Source of the DNA: Candidatus Hadarchaeales archaeon
Lineage (GTDB): Archaea > Hadarchaeota > Hadarchaeia > Hadarchaeales > WYZ-LMO6
Direction: 5' to 3'
Assembly: GCA_038851755.1 (NCBI GenBank)
Contig: JAWCKR010000020.1
Coordinates: 1-23,036 of the forward strand
DNA length: 23,036 nt
Shown here one piece after another: positions 7,599-15,434 of this stretch. Position 1 is the first letter of the stretch. Each line of letters begins with the position of its first letter. The translations under genes and the position numbers were made by a program. The notes under the pieces are model-generated. The model saw only the letters and a list, made by a program, of their open reading frames with translations, was not told where the DNA came from and did no database searches.

Positions 7599-8045
7599 TC
7601 AGGAAGGCTCTATGAGCTTGAAGACATCCATGGGCACGGTGGAGCGCATGATGGCGTTGGCGATGAGGGAGATGATCTCGAAGTCCATCTTCTCTGCCCC
7701 CTCCACCACTTGTATCTTTCCCTCCACCACCGCGTTGGAGAGTTCCTCCTGTCCGGAAATCACCCTCTTCCAGGTTTCCCACTCCCCCTCCAGCACCACA
7801 TCCGCTTTCAGGGGAGTGTTGGCCACTTCGGTTTCGGTCTTACCCTCCGCGATGTGGATGCGCATGTAGGCATCCTCCATTCCCTTCTCCTTGAAGGAGG
7901 GGGGAAGCCTTATCACGTTTAAGAGCGAAAAGTCCTTCCCCTTGGTCTTCTCTTGGAACTGTGGGTCCGCTTCTATGTTGCTGAGCAAGACGTTGAGAAA
8001 GCTCTTCATTCCCGCTAGAAAGAGTTCGGCCTCCAATCCAGGCAT
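7599..8045 (-). CDS. SCP2-like domain protein
   Basis: IHIAEGK...ADVVLEGEWETWKRVISGQEELSNAVVEGKIQV is a typical SCP2 C-terminal pattern; TTAAATAT (8073-8066) about 20 nt upstream. Confidence 0.8.
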   Translation of the reverse strand: MPGLEAELFLAGMKSFLNVLLSNIEADPQFQEKTKGKDFSLLNVIRLPPSFKEKGMEDAYMRIHIAEGKTETEVANTPLKADVVLEGEWETWKRVISGQEELSNAVVEGKIQVVEGAEKMDFEIISLIANAIMRSTVPMDVFKLIEPS

Positions 8046-8110
8046 CCTTTATTACGGAAGAGACAATATTTAACCCTACCGTTGAGGGTGTAGAACTGGA
8101 TGAGGTGAGT

Positions 8111-8683
8111 TCAGCCCTTTTTCTTGGAGGGCTGGGTCTCTTCTACAATCTTCCTTGCCGCGTTCTTTGCGGCTTCCAGCAGGGGCTGGTTGCAGAGGGA
8201 CACCGGACAGGAGGAGATGGGAATCCTCACGATTTTTTGCAGGATGGTTGCTACCACGGGGCCGCACACTATGGCCTTGGCCCCCTCCTGCTCGGCGTTG
8301 AGGGCAGCGACGATGGCGTCCTCGATGCTGGAGGCCCCGTATCCCTTGATCTTGATTTTTAGGTTGCCGGCGCTCACGTGGGAGGTGGTGAGGGCGTCGA
8401 GGGAAGAGCGTGAGGCGATGAGGGCGATGAAGGGTTCACCCCCCTGGGAACTTTCCAGGCTCTTCAGGGTCCTCAGGATGTCCCTGAGGGTGGAGAGCCT
8501 GGGATTGGGCCTGTGCCCGGAGATGATCTTGTAGAGGGAGCTTTCGGAGACGCCGGAGAGCTTGCTGAACTCCTTCATGTCCAGATGGAACTCCTTCAGC
8601 ACCCTCTTCAGGGTCTCCCTGAACTTCTCGTCGGACTCCAGGGCGGAGTTCAGGACCTCCTCCCACTTCTGGAAACCCACCAT
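8111..8683 (-). CDS. XRE/Cro-family HTH transcriptional regulator with C-terminal alpha/beta ligand-binding-like domain
   Basis: MKEFSKLSGVSESSLYKIISGHRPNPRLSTLRDI is an HTH_3 pattern; C-terminal EDAIVAALNAEQEGAKAIVCGPVV resembles an archaeal regulator family. Confidence 0.88.
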   Translation of the reverse strand: MVGFQKWEEVLNSALESDEKFRETLKRVLKEFHLDMKEFSKLSGVSESSLYKIISGHRPNPRLSTLRDILRTLKSLESSQGGEPFIALIASRSSLDALTTSHVSAGNLKIKIKGYGASSIEDAIVAALNAEQEGAKAIVCGPVVATILQKIVRIPISSCPVSLCNQPLLEAAKNAARKIVEETQPSKKKG

Positions 8684-8691
8684 CGGCTAAC

Positions 8692-8726
8692 TTTCCTCTT
8701 TGTCCATAAAAAGCACACTATTTTAG
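8692..8726 (+). promoter_or_regulatory. Putative operator plus TATA upstream of the symporter, overlapping the regulator's own promoter
   Basis: TTTCCTCTTTGTCCATAAAAAGCACAC (8692-8718) matches the reverse complement of 12678-12704 at 22/27 positions; it is followed by TATTTTAG. Confidence 0.6.
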
Positions 8727-8759
8727 AGGGGAGGGTGGAGAGAGCCGGGAGGGAGAACC

Positions 8760-10109
8760 TTGGAGATAGGCTGGTCGCCGGTCTTTGACTTCGTCCTCCT
8801 CAGCCTTCTCCTCCTTGTCGCCACCATCCTTCGCCTGAGGCTGAGGGTTCTCCAGAGGCTGCTCATGCCAAACGCTCTGGTGGCAGGTTTCCTGGGGTTT
8901 CTCTTGGCCCAGGTCTTCCGGGTGGTTTCCTTCCACCACCTGGAGGACATGATCTATCACCTCCTCAACCTGACCTTCGCCGCGCTGGCGCTGGGGATGG
9001 TCACGAGGGGGAGGAGCTACGGGCAGGCGGCCAGCACGGGCATCCTCATGTCCTTCGTCTTCTCCCTCCAGTTGCTGGTGGGCTTTCTCCTGACCTTTTT
9101 CCTGATGGCCACCTTCTGCCCGGATCTCTTCCCCACCTTCGGCTCCCTCATGGCCGTGGGTTACGCCTCCGGCCCTGGTCAGGCCTTCTCCTTCGGCTCT
9201 TCCTGGGAAGGAAGGGGGTTCGCCCACGGGGGAGAGGTGGGTTTGATCTTCGGGGCGGTGGGCTTCCTCTGGGCCTACGGGGTGGGGACGGTCTGGCTCA
9301 ACTGGGGGGTCAGGAGGGGAAGGGCAGTCCTTCTGAGGGACCTCCGGGCGGTGCCGGAGGAGGTCTGGACGGGCATCCTCCCCAGGCGCAGGAGGAAAGC
9401 TTTCGGGGAGACCGTTTCCTCCTCGGAGGCGGTGGACACCCTCAGCCTCCAGGTGGCCCTCTGCGGTTTGGTCTACGCCTTTGCTTACTTGGTGGTGAGG
9501 CTCCTTTCCCTGAGCTCCGAAACCGCCTGGGGGGCCACCTTCGTGGTCACGGTGATGGTGGGGATGGCGGTCAGGAAGGTCATGGAGAGGACGAGGGTCG
9601 ACCACCTGATCTCCCCGGGGGTTCAGAGGCATGTAGCGGGGGTATGCGTGGATTACGCCGTGGCGGCCTCCGTCGCCGCCATCTCCCTGCCCGCCCTCAG
9701 GATGTACGCCCTCCCCCTCATCCTGATTGCCCTGGCAGGCGGGTTGGTCACGGTGCTGGCCTTCCTCTGGCTGCCCCACAGGGTGTGGAGGGACTACAGG
9801 TTCGAGAGGACGCTCGTCACCTACGGCACCCTCACGGGGACGATGGACTCCGGCATAGCCCTCTGCAGGGTGGTTGACCCGGAGCTCCGCACCCCAGCGG
9901 TGGAGGACTACGTGAGGGGCATGCCTCTGATGTTCCTTCTCATCCTCCCCCTCTATGGTCTTCTCTTCCTTCCCCTCAGCGGTTATGGTTCGGAGAGGGC
10001 CTTCCCCTTCTACTCCCTTACCCTCGTGGGTCTCCTCCTCTCCCTCCCCCTCTTCCTCCTGATGTGGAGGAGGATGGGCCTCTGGGTGCCAAGGCGCTCT
10101 CAGAGGTAG
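8760..10109 (+). CDS. Sodium/glutamate symporter (GltS/ESS) family transporter
   Basis: About 12 hydrophobic segments; LQRLLMPNALVAGFLG, GYASGPGQA..FG, YGTLTGTMDSGIAL.RVVDP re-entrant-loop motifs; TTG start after GGAGGGAG. Confidence 0.85.
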   Translation: MEIGWSPVFDFVLLSLLLLVATILRLRLRVLQRLLMPNALVAGFLGFLLAQVFRVVSFHHLEDMIYHLLNLTFAALALGMVTRGRSYGQAASTGILMSFVFSLQLLVGFLLTFFLMATFCPDLFPTFGSLMAVGYASGPGQAFSFGSSWEGRGFAHGGEVGLIFGAVGFLWAYGVGTVWLNWGVRRGRAVLLRDLRAVPEEVWTGILPRRRRKAFGETVSSSEAVDTLSLQVALCGLVYAFAYLVVRLLSLSSETAWGATFVVTVMVGMAVRKVMERTRVDHLISPGVQRHVAGVCVDYAVAASVAAISLPALRMYALPLILIALAGGLVTVLAFLWLPHRVWRDYRFERTLVTYGTLTGTMDSGIALCRVVDPELRTPAVEDYVRGMPLMFLLILPLYGLLFLPLSGYGSERAFPFYSLTLVGLLLSLPLFLLMWRRMGLWVPRRSQR

Positions 10110-10858
10110 GGCACTTCCTCCCTGAGGAGGTCCACCACTTCTTTCCTGAGCCTTACCAGCTCCCTACTCAGCTTGTCTCGCGGGCGGGGGAGTTCCACCC
10201 GGAGCACCTCCTTCACCCTGGCGGGGCGGGAAGTGAGCACAATCACCCTGTCGGAGAGGTACACCGCCTCCTCAACGTTGTGGGTCACGAAGAGGATGGT
10301 CTTTTTCACCTCCCACCAGATCTTGGTGAGGTCCTGGTGGAGAATCCAGCGGGTCTGCGCGTCCAGGTTGGCGAAGGGTTCATCCATCAAGAGCAGCTCC
10401 GGGTCCACGGCGAGGGCTCTGGCTATGGCCACCCTCTGCTTCATCCCTCCCGAGAGCTGATGGGGGTAGCAGTGTTCGAAACCCGCCAGACCCACCATTT
10501 CCACCAGTTCCTTCACCCTTTCCCCACCCTCCATGCCCCTCACCTCTCTCCCGAACTCCACGTTCTCCCTGACCGTCCTCCAGGGAAAGAGAGAGTCTTC
10601 CTGGAAAACGAAGCCCAGGCGGTGTCTGGAAGGGTCGGGGGGTCTCCCGTCTATGGTGACCTTACCCGAGGAAGGTCTCTCCAGACCCCCGACCAGCTTG
10701 AGGAGGGTGGTCTTCCCGCACCCCGAGGGACCCACCACGGAGACGAACTCTCCCTCCCTCACCCCAAAGGAGACTCCTCTGAGGACCTCCAGTCTTCCTT
10801 CCCCCGTGGTGAAGCTCTTGTGCAGGTCCTCCACCTTCACCTTGGTCTTCACGGGCAC
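10100..10858 (-). CDS. ABC transporter ATP-binding protein, NitT/TauT/Ssu family
   Basis: GPSGCGKT, VFQE..LFPWRTV, YPHQLSGGMKQR, LLLMDEPF, FVTH, V.LPRPRD. Confidence 0.95.
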   Translation of the reverse strand: MPVKTKVKVEDLHKSFTTGEGRLEVLRGVSFGVREGEFVSVVGPSGCGKTTLLKLVGGLERPSSGKVTIDGRPPDPSRHRLGFVFQEDSLFPWRTVRENVEFGREVRGMEGGERVKELVEMVGLAGFEHCYPHQLSGGMKQRVAIARALAVDPELLLMDEPFANLDAQTRWILHQDLTKIWWEVKKTILFVTHNVEEAVYLSDRVIVLTSRPARVKEVLRVELPRPRDKLSRELVRLRKEVVDLLREEVPYL

Positions 10859-10867
10859 GGTTCCACC

Positions 10868-11656
10868 TCACAGGGAGACCTCTTTCCTCCACACGAAGAG
10901 ACGCCTTTCCGTCTGGAGGAGGATTTCGTTCATGAGGAGTCCTACGATGCCTATGGCGATCATCCCTGCCACGATCATGTCCACCCTCAGGAGCTCGGAG
11001 TACTTCAGGATGAGCCTGCCCAGACCCACATTCTCGCCACCTATCATTTCCGCCGCCACGATGCACATCCAGCCGACTCCCAGCCCCACCCTCATTCCGG
11101 AGGTGATTTCGGGCAGGGCGCTGGGTATCACCACTTTCTTCACCGTGGTCCTGTTTTTGGCCCCGAAGCTCTTGGAGACCTCCACCAGCGTGGGGTTGGT
11201 TCTCTTGATGCCGCTCATGGTGTTGATGAGGATGGGGAAGAAAGCACCCAGCCATATCACGAAGAGGTAGCGCCAGTATCCGGAGAGGAGGAGGATGACC
11301 AGAGGTATCCAGGCGAGGGGAGGGATGAAGCGAAGGGGCTCCAGCACGGGCTTGGAGGAACGGTATACTCCCTCCCTCAGCCCCATCAGGATGCCCAAGG
11401 GTATGGCGGTGAGGCAGGCCAGGGCGAACCCCCCCAGTACCCTGAGGAGGCTGTGGAGGGCGTGTTCGTGTAGCCTGATTCCTTCCACGTCCCCCCTGGT
11501 CAGGAGGGTGGAAAAGGAGCGGAGCACCTCCACAGGACCTGGGAAGAAGGAGGAGCGGGTGATTCTGGAAGAGAGCTCCCAGAGGAGGAGGACGGCTGCC
11601 AGCAGGAGGGAGGCATACAGCACCTCCCTGGAGCGCAGGGTCTTCCAGACTTTCAT
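10868..11656 (-). CDS. ABC transporter permease, NitT/TauT/Ssu family
   Basis: SLLRVLGGF, IPPLAWIP, FFPILINT..G, KSFGA...VVIPSALP.I..GMR, W..IVAAEM. Confidence 0.94.
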   Translation of the reverse strand: MKVWKTLRSREVLYASLLLAAVLLLWELSSRITRSSFFPGPVEVLRSFSTLLTRGDVEGIRLHEHALHSLLRVLGGFALACLTAIPLGILMGLREGVYRSSKPVLEPLRFIPPLAWIPLVILLLSGYWRYLFVIWLGAFFPILINTMSGIKRTNPTLVEVSKSFGAKNRTTVKKVVIPSALPEITSGMRVGLGVGWMCIVAAEMIGGENVGLGRLILKYSELLRVDMIVAGMIAIGIVGLLMNEILLQTERRLFVWRKEVSL

Positions 11657-11663
11657 TCAAACC

Positions 11664-12647
11664 CTACTTCAGGGCTTCCTCTAAAAGGGTGAGGTCGAGA
11701 GCGCCCTCCACGAAGGCATCCACGTTTTCCACTCCCGTGATGGTCCCGGTCTCTATGAGAAGCCTGGCGAAGGCTTTGATGCTCTCCACGTCGGGGTTGA
11801 CGTTCCAGACCATCCTCTTCCAGGACTCCTGAACCACGGCCGCGGGTTTGCCCGTGCGGGAGGAGAAAATCCCCATGGCCCGGTTTTCGTTCTCCTGCAC
11901 CAGCTGCATGGCCTTCACATGGGCCTTGACGATGGAGAGGGCGAGCTTCCTGTCCTCCCTGAGGAGCTTCCCTGAGACGTAGAGGACGCAGCACTGGTGG
12001 TTGGGGAGGATGTCGTGGGAGGTGTAGACCACCTTTCCCGTGCCGTTCACCACCGCCTCGGCGCAGAAGGGCTCCCAGGCTATGTACCCGTCTATCTCCC
12101 CCTTCTCCAGGGCGAGGGGGAGGGTGGAGGGACCGGAGTAGTGCTTGCGGTTGAAGGTGATCCCCAGCTGGTTCTCCACCATGGAGAGCATGGCGTTCTG
12201 GATGGTGCCAAGGCCGGGGGTCCCCACCGTCTTACCGTTCAGGCCCTCCACGTTTTCGATCTCTGGACGGGCCACCAGCGCCGAACCCTCCAGGTTGGCC
12301 GAAGCCACGATCTTGAAGTCGGCCCCCTGCGAGAGGGCCCTGAGGGCAGGAACCGCTCCCACGTATCCGGCATCCAAGCCGCCGGAAACGAACTCGGTCA
12401 TCTGCGCCGGACCGTTGACGTATTCGAGGTACCTGAACCTGAACCCCGGTCCAGCCTCCTCCTCAAAGAGTTCCAGCTCCCTTCCCACGAAACACCCTAT
12501 CTGGTGGATATCACCCACCAGGTAGCCCATCCTGACGGTGGTGACGGCCTCTCTGCCGGCCTGGTACCCCAGACGGTAGCTGGCGTAGGAGGCCAGGGAG
12601 AGAACGACCAGGAAGGAGAGGAGGATACCCAGCATCTTGCCCGTCAT
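11664..12647 (-). CDS. ABC transporter substrate-binding protein, sulfonate/nitrate/taurine-like
   Basis: N-terminal membrane anchor; VRMGYL, GLDAGYVG..P, L.GKTVGTPG.GTIQ, GEIDGYIAWEP, HQCCVL. Confidence 0.9.
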   Translation of the reverse strand: MTGKMLGILLSFLVVLSLASYASYRLGYQAGREAVTTVRMGYLVGDIHQIGCFVGRELELFEEEAGPGFRFRYLEYVNGPAQMTEFVSGGLDAGYVGAVPALRALSQGADFKIVASANLEGSALVARPEIENVEGLNGKTVGTPGLGTIQNAMLSMVENQLGITFNRKHYSGPSTLPLALEKGEIDGYIAWEPFCAEAVVNGTGKVVYTSHDILPNHQCCVLYVSGKLLREDRKLALSIVKAHVKAMQLVQENENRAMGIFSSRTGKPAAVVQESWKRMVWNVNPDVESIKAFARLLIETGTITGVENVDAFVEGALDLTLLEEALK

Positions 12648-12668
12648 CTTCCACCCTCCTCCCCCCCG

Positions 12669-12747
12669 TATTTAAATGTGTTGTTTTTTTGGACAAAAGG
12701 GAAAAAAGAGCGGATTTGGCGAGGCTTCTTTGGAAAGAAGGGAAAAA
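12669..12747 (-). promoter_or_regulatory. TATA box and two copies of a putative operator upstream of the ABC operon
   Basis: ATTTAAATA (12677-12669); motif 12678-12704; 12688-12706 is repeated at 12729-12747 (17/19 identical, 41 bp apart). Confidence 0.6.
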
Positions 12748-12780
12748 GCCGGGGTGCAAATTGGTACCGACTTAAAGCTG

Positions 12781-12808
12781 GAAATACTTAAATACACAAA
12801 AGTAATAC
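12781..12808 (+). promoter_or_regulatory. Putative NikR-type operator overlapping the TATA box of the cbiM/nikM operon
   Basis: GAAATAC-N14-GTAATAC, a 28-bp imperfect dyad enclosing TTAAATA (12788-12794); same geometry as NikR operators (GTATGA-N16-TCATAC). Confidence 0.5.
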
Positions 12809-12815
12809 TGCACCG

Positions 12816-13451
12816 ATGCACATACCGGATGGCTTTTTGACCCTCGAGGTGTGGGCCCCCCTCTGGGCCCTGGCCGCGGGCGCCCTGGCCTTTTCCACCT
12901 GGCGCGTGAACAGGAGGCTGGAGGACAGGCACGTGCCCCTGCTGGGGGTGCTCGCGGCCTTCGTCTTCGCCGTTCAGATGCTCAACGTGCCCGTGGCGGG
13001 GGGCACCAGCGGGCATGTGGTGGGAGGGGTGCTCATCGCCCTCTTCGTGGGCCCCCTGGCGGGCTCCCTGGTGATGGGCTCCATCCTGGCCGTGCAGGCC
13101 CTCTTCTTCCAGGACGGGGGCATAACAGCTCTGGGGGCCAACGTGGTGAACATGGGGCTGATAGGAACCATCCTGGGATACTGGCTCTACCGGCTGGTAT
13201 CGGGGGCCGTTGGAGGAAGAGAAGGGAGGCTGGCGGGGGCAGGAGTGGCGGGGTGGGTGACGATCGTGCTGGCGTCCGTCGCCTGCTCCCTGGAGCTGGC
13301 GGCCTCGGGCACCTCCCCGCTCGGGGTGGTCCTCCCCGCCATGGTGGGGTATCACGTGGTGATAGGGGTGGTGGAGGCCGTGGCCACGATGGCGGTGGTC
13401 GGCTTCGTCTCCCGGGTGAGGCCCGACCTCCTCGAACTGCCCAAGCTGTAG
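12816..13451 (+). CDS. cbiM: ECF-type Ni/Co transporter substrate component NikM/CbiM
   Basis: N-terminal MHIPDG, GTSGH..GG, QALFFQDGGITALGAN, H..IG..EA. Confidence 0.95.
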   Translation: MHIPDGFLTLEVWAPLWALAAGALAFSTWRVNRRLEDRHVPLLGVLAAFVFAVQMLNVPVAGGTSGHVVGGVLIALFVGPLAGSLVMGSILAVQALFFQDGGITALGANVVNMGLIGTILGYWLYRLVSGAVGGREGRLAGAGVAGWVTIVLASVACSLELAASGTSPLGVVLPAMVGYHVVIGVVEAVATMAVVGFVSRVRPDLLELPKL

Positions 13452-13459
13452 GTGAGGGG

Positions 13460-13738
13460 ATGAGGCTCAGGTGGTGGATGGTGGGGCTGGTGGTCTGCCT
13501 CTTCATGGCGGGAGTCCTCTCCCTCTTCGCCTCCTCCTCTCCCGATGGCCTGGAGAGGGTGGCGGAGGATCACGGCTTCGCGGAAAAGGCGAAGGAGTTT
13601 CTTTCCTCTCCCTTCCCGGATTACTCCGTTCCGGCTTTGGGAGGGGCCCTCTCCACTTCCCTGGCGGGACTCCTGGGTGTCGTCCTGATCCTCCTCCTCA
13701 CCTTTTTCTGGGCCAAGGCCCTCAGGAAGAAGAAATGA
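13460..13738 (+). CDS. PDGLE-domain Ni/Co transport component (NikN-like)
   Basis: MRLRWWMVGL...ASSSPDGLERVAE...PFPDY, two TM helices; GGTGA RBS before ATG 13460 (3' part of the 12851..13738 ORF). Confidence 0.9.
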   Translation: MRLRWWMVGLVVCLFMAGVLSLFASSSPDGLERVAEDHGFAEKAKEFLSSPFPDYSVPALGGALSTSLAGLLGVVLILLLTFFWAKALRKKK

Positions 13739-14490
13739 AGCACCACTTCCTGGACCAGTACAGCGATCGCGCGAGTCCCCTCCACTCCCTAGACCCCAGG
13801 GTCAAGATCCTGACCTTTCTCTCCTTCGTGGTGGTGGTAGTCCTCACCCCCCTGACCCCCCCCTCCCGCTTCCTCTTTTACGCCCTCCTCCTCTTCTCCC
13901 TCGTCCTCCTCTCCAGAGTCCCCCCCGGCTTCCTCCTGAAGAGATCCGCGGTGGTCCTCCCCTTCGTGGGCCTGGTGGCGGTGGGCCTGCCCTTCCTGGG
14001 CGGCAGCGGTGGCTCCTACAACCTGGGACCTTTCCACGTGACCCACTCCGCCCTCCTCATCTTCGCCAACGTTCTCCTCAAGTCCTGGTTCTCCGTGATG
14101 GTGATGGGTCTTCTCGTGTCCACCACCCCCTTCACCCGCCTCCTGCGGGGCTTCCAGTCCCTCGGTCTTCCAGCCCTCTTCACCACCATCCTCTCCTTCA
14201 TGTACCGGTACCTCTACCTCCTCACGGACGAGTTTGAGAGGATGACCAGGGCCAGGGACTCGAGGGCCTGGAGGATGGGCAGGCTGGAGAGGATGAGGGT
14301 CACCGGGAACATGGTGGGCGCGGCCTTCCTGAGGAGCTACGAGAGGGGTGAGCGGGTGTACCTGGCCATGCGGGCGAGGGGCTTCGACGGGGGGATCAGG
14401 GTGATGCGCGAGCCGAGGATGGGGGGGCCGGACTTCCTCTTCCTCTCCCTCTTCTTCCCCCTCCTCCTCCTTCCTGCGGTGATGGTATGA
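13735..14490 (+). CDS. cbiQ: ECF transporter T component NikQ/CbiQ
   Basis: SPLHSLDPRVK, TT.F..L, FMYRY...L.DE..RM..A..SR, FLRSYERGERVY.AM.ARG; ATGA overlap with the upstream gene. Confidence 0.94.
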   Translation: MKHHFLDQYSDRASPLHSLDPRVKILTFLSFVVVVVLTPLTPPSRFLFYALLLFSLVLLSRVPPGFLLKRSAVVLPFVGLVAVGLPFLGGSGGSYNLGPFHVTHSALLIFANVLLKSWFSVMVMGLLVSTTPFTRLLRGFQSLGLPALFTTILSFMYRYLYLLTDEFERMTRARDSRAWRMGRLERMRVTGNMVGAAFLRSYERGERVYLAMRARGFDGGIRVMREPRMGGPDFLFLSLFFPLLLLPAVMV

Positions 14491-15194
14491 AGGCGGTGGA
14501 GATAAGGAACCTGCGTTACACCTACCCCGACGGAACCAGGGCCCTGAGGGGTGTGAACCTGGAGGTGGAGGAAGGAGAAAGCGTCTTCCTGATGGGTCCC
14601 AACGGATCGGGCAAGTCCACCCTGCTCCTCCACCTCAACGGGCTCCTTCTCCCCCAGAGCGGGGAGGTGAAGATTTTCGGGCTGGACCCCAGGAACGGAG
14701 TGGGGGAGATAAGGAGGAGGGTGGGATTGGTCTTCCAGGACCCAGATGACCAGCTCTTCATGCCGACCGTCTTTGAGGACGTGGCCTTCGGCCCTCTGCA
14801 CCTGGGACTGGGAGAGAGGGAGGTCAGGAGGAGGGTGAAGAAGGCGCTGGAGGAGGTGGGGATGAGGGGGTTCGAAAGGAGGAGCCCCCAGCACCTCAGC
14901 TACGGGGAGAGAAAGAGGGTGGCCATAGCCACCGTTCTCTCCATGGACCCGGAACTTCTCGCCCTCGACGAGCCCACGCTGGGCCTGGACCCCTGGATGA
15001 GGAGAAAGCTGCTCTCCCTCCTCCGCAGGCTGAGGAGGGGGAGGACCCTTCTGATGGCGGGGCACGACGGGGAGCTGATGGAGCTGTGCGACCGTGCGTA
15101 CCTGCTTAGGGGGGGCAGGGTGGAGAAGGAAATGGATCCCTGCAGGTGGAGGGAGGAAATAGAAATAGGCGGGGGGAAAAGGGAGTATCGGTAG
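14487..15194 (+). CDS. cbiO: ECF transporter ATPase NikO/CbiO
   Basis: GPNGSGKST, VFQDPDDQLF, LSYGERKR, LDEPT; ATGA overlap with cbiQ. Confidence 0.94.
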   Translation: MKAVEIRNLRYTYPDGTRALRGVNLEVEEGESVFLMGPNGSGKSTLLLHLNGLLLPQSGEVKIFGLDPRNGVGEIRRRVGLVFQDPDDQLFMPTVFEDVAFGPLHLGLGEREVRRRVKKALEEVGMRGFERRSPQHLSYGERKRVAIATVLSMDPELLALDEPTLGLDPWMRRKLLSLLRRLRRGRTLLMAGHDGELMELCDRAYLLRGGRVEKEMDPCRWREEIEIGGGKREYR

Positions 15195-15285
15195 CCCCGT
15201 GGTGTAGATCCGCAAGGAGCACAACGGTCAAGCATGGCGGCCTTTGGAGCCGCTGACCCCGGTTCGAATCCGGGCGGGGCTACCA
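15193..15285 (+). tRNA. tRNA-Gln(UUG) with 17-nt intron (15208-15224) at position 15/16
   Basis: Acceptor stem AGCCCCG/CGGGGCT+ACCA, anticodon arm GCGGC-CTTTGGA-GCCGC, T arm CCCGG-TTCGAAT-CCGGG. Removing 15208-15224 restores the D arm GTGTAG|CGGTCAAGCAT. Confidence 0.93.
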
Positions 15286-15323
15286 GTTAGGTTTTTGGGA
15301 GGAGGAGGTGGAGAATAGGTGGT

Positions 15324-15418
15324 AGCCCCGTGGGGTAGACCCTGTGGCGGGGCCCAACGGTCAATCCTGCGAGGCTCTGGACCTCGCGACCCCGGTTCGA
15401 ATCCGGGCGGGGCTACCA
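15324..15418 (+). tRNA. tRNA-Gln(CUG) with 19-nt intron (15339-15357) at position 15/16
   Basis: Same acceptor and T arms, anticodon arm CGAGG-CTCTGGA-CCTCG, encoded CCA. Removing 15339-15357 restores GGGTAG|CGGTCAATCCT. Confidence 0.93.
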
Positions 15419-15434
15419 TCCGAGGAGGTGAAGG

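Noticed and set aside
13790-14480. CT-rich low-complexity tracts (also within 8760-10060)
   Set aside because: Explained by Leu/Phe/Ser codons (CTC, TTC, TCC) in transmembrane helices; not a repeat element.
15208-15357. Long D-arm inserts read as Sec/Pyl-type tRNAs or pseudogenes
   Set aside because: The anticodons are TTG and CTG, all arms are intact, and the inserts excise cleanly by BHB rules.
15193-15418. Near-identical tRNA ends as attL/attR of an integrated element or as CRISPR-like repeats
   Set aside because: Both copies are complete isoacceptor genes with different anticodons; I saw no integrase, cas gene or further copy in the window.
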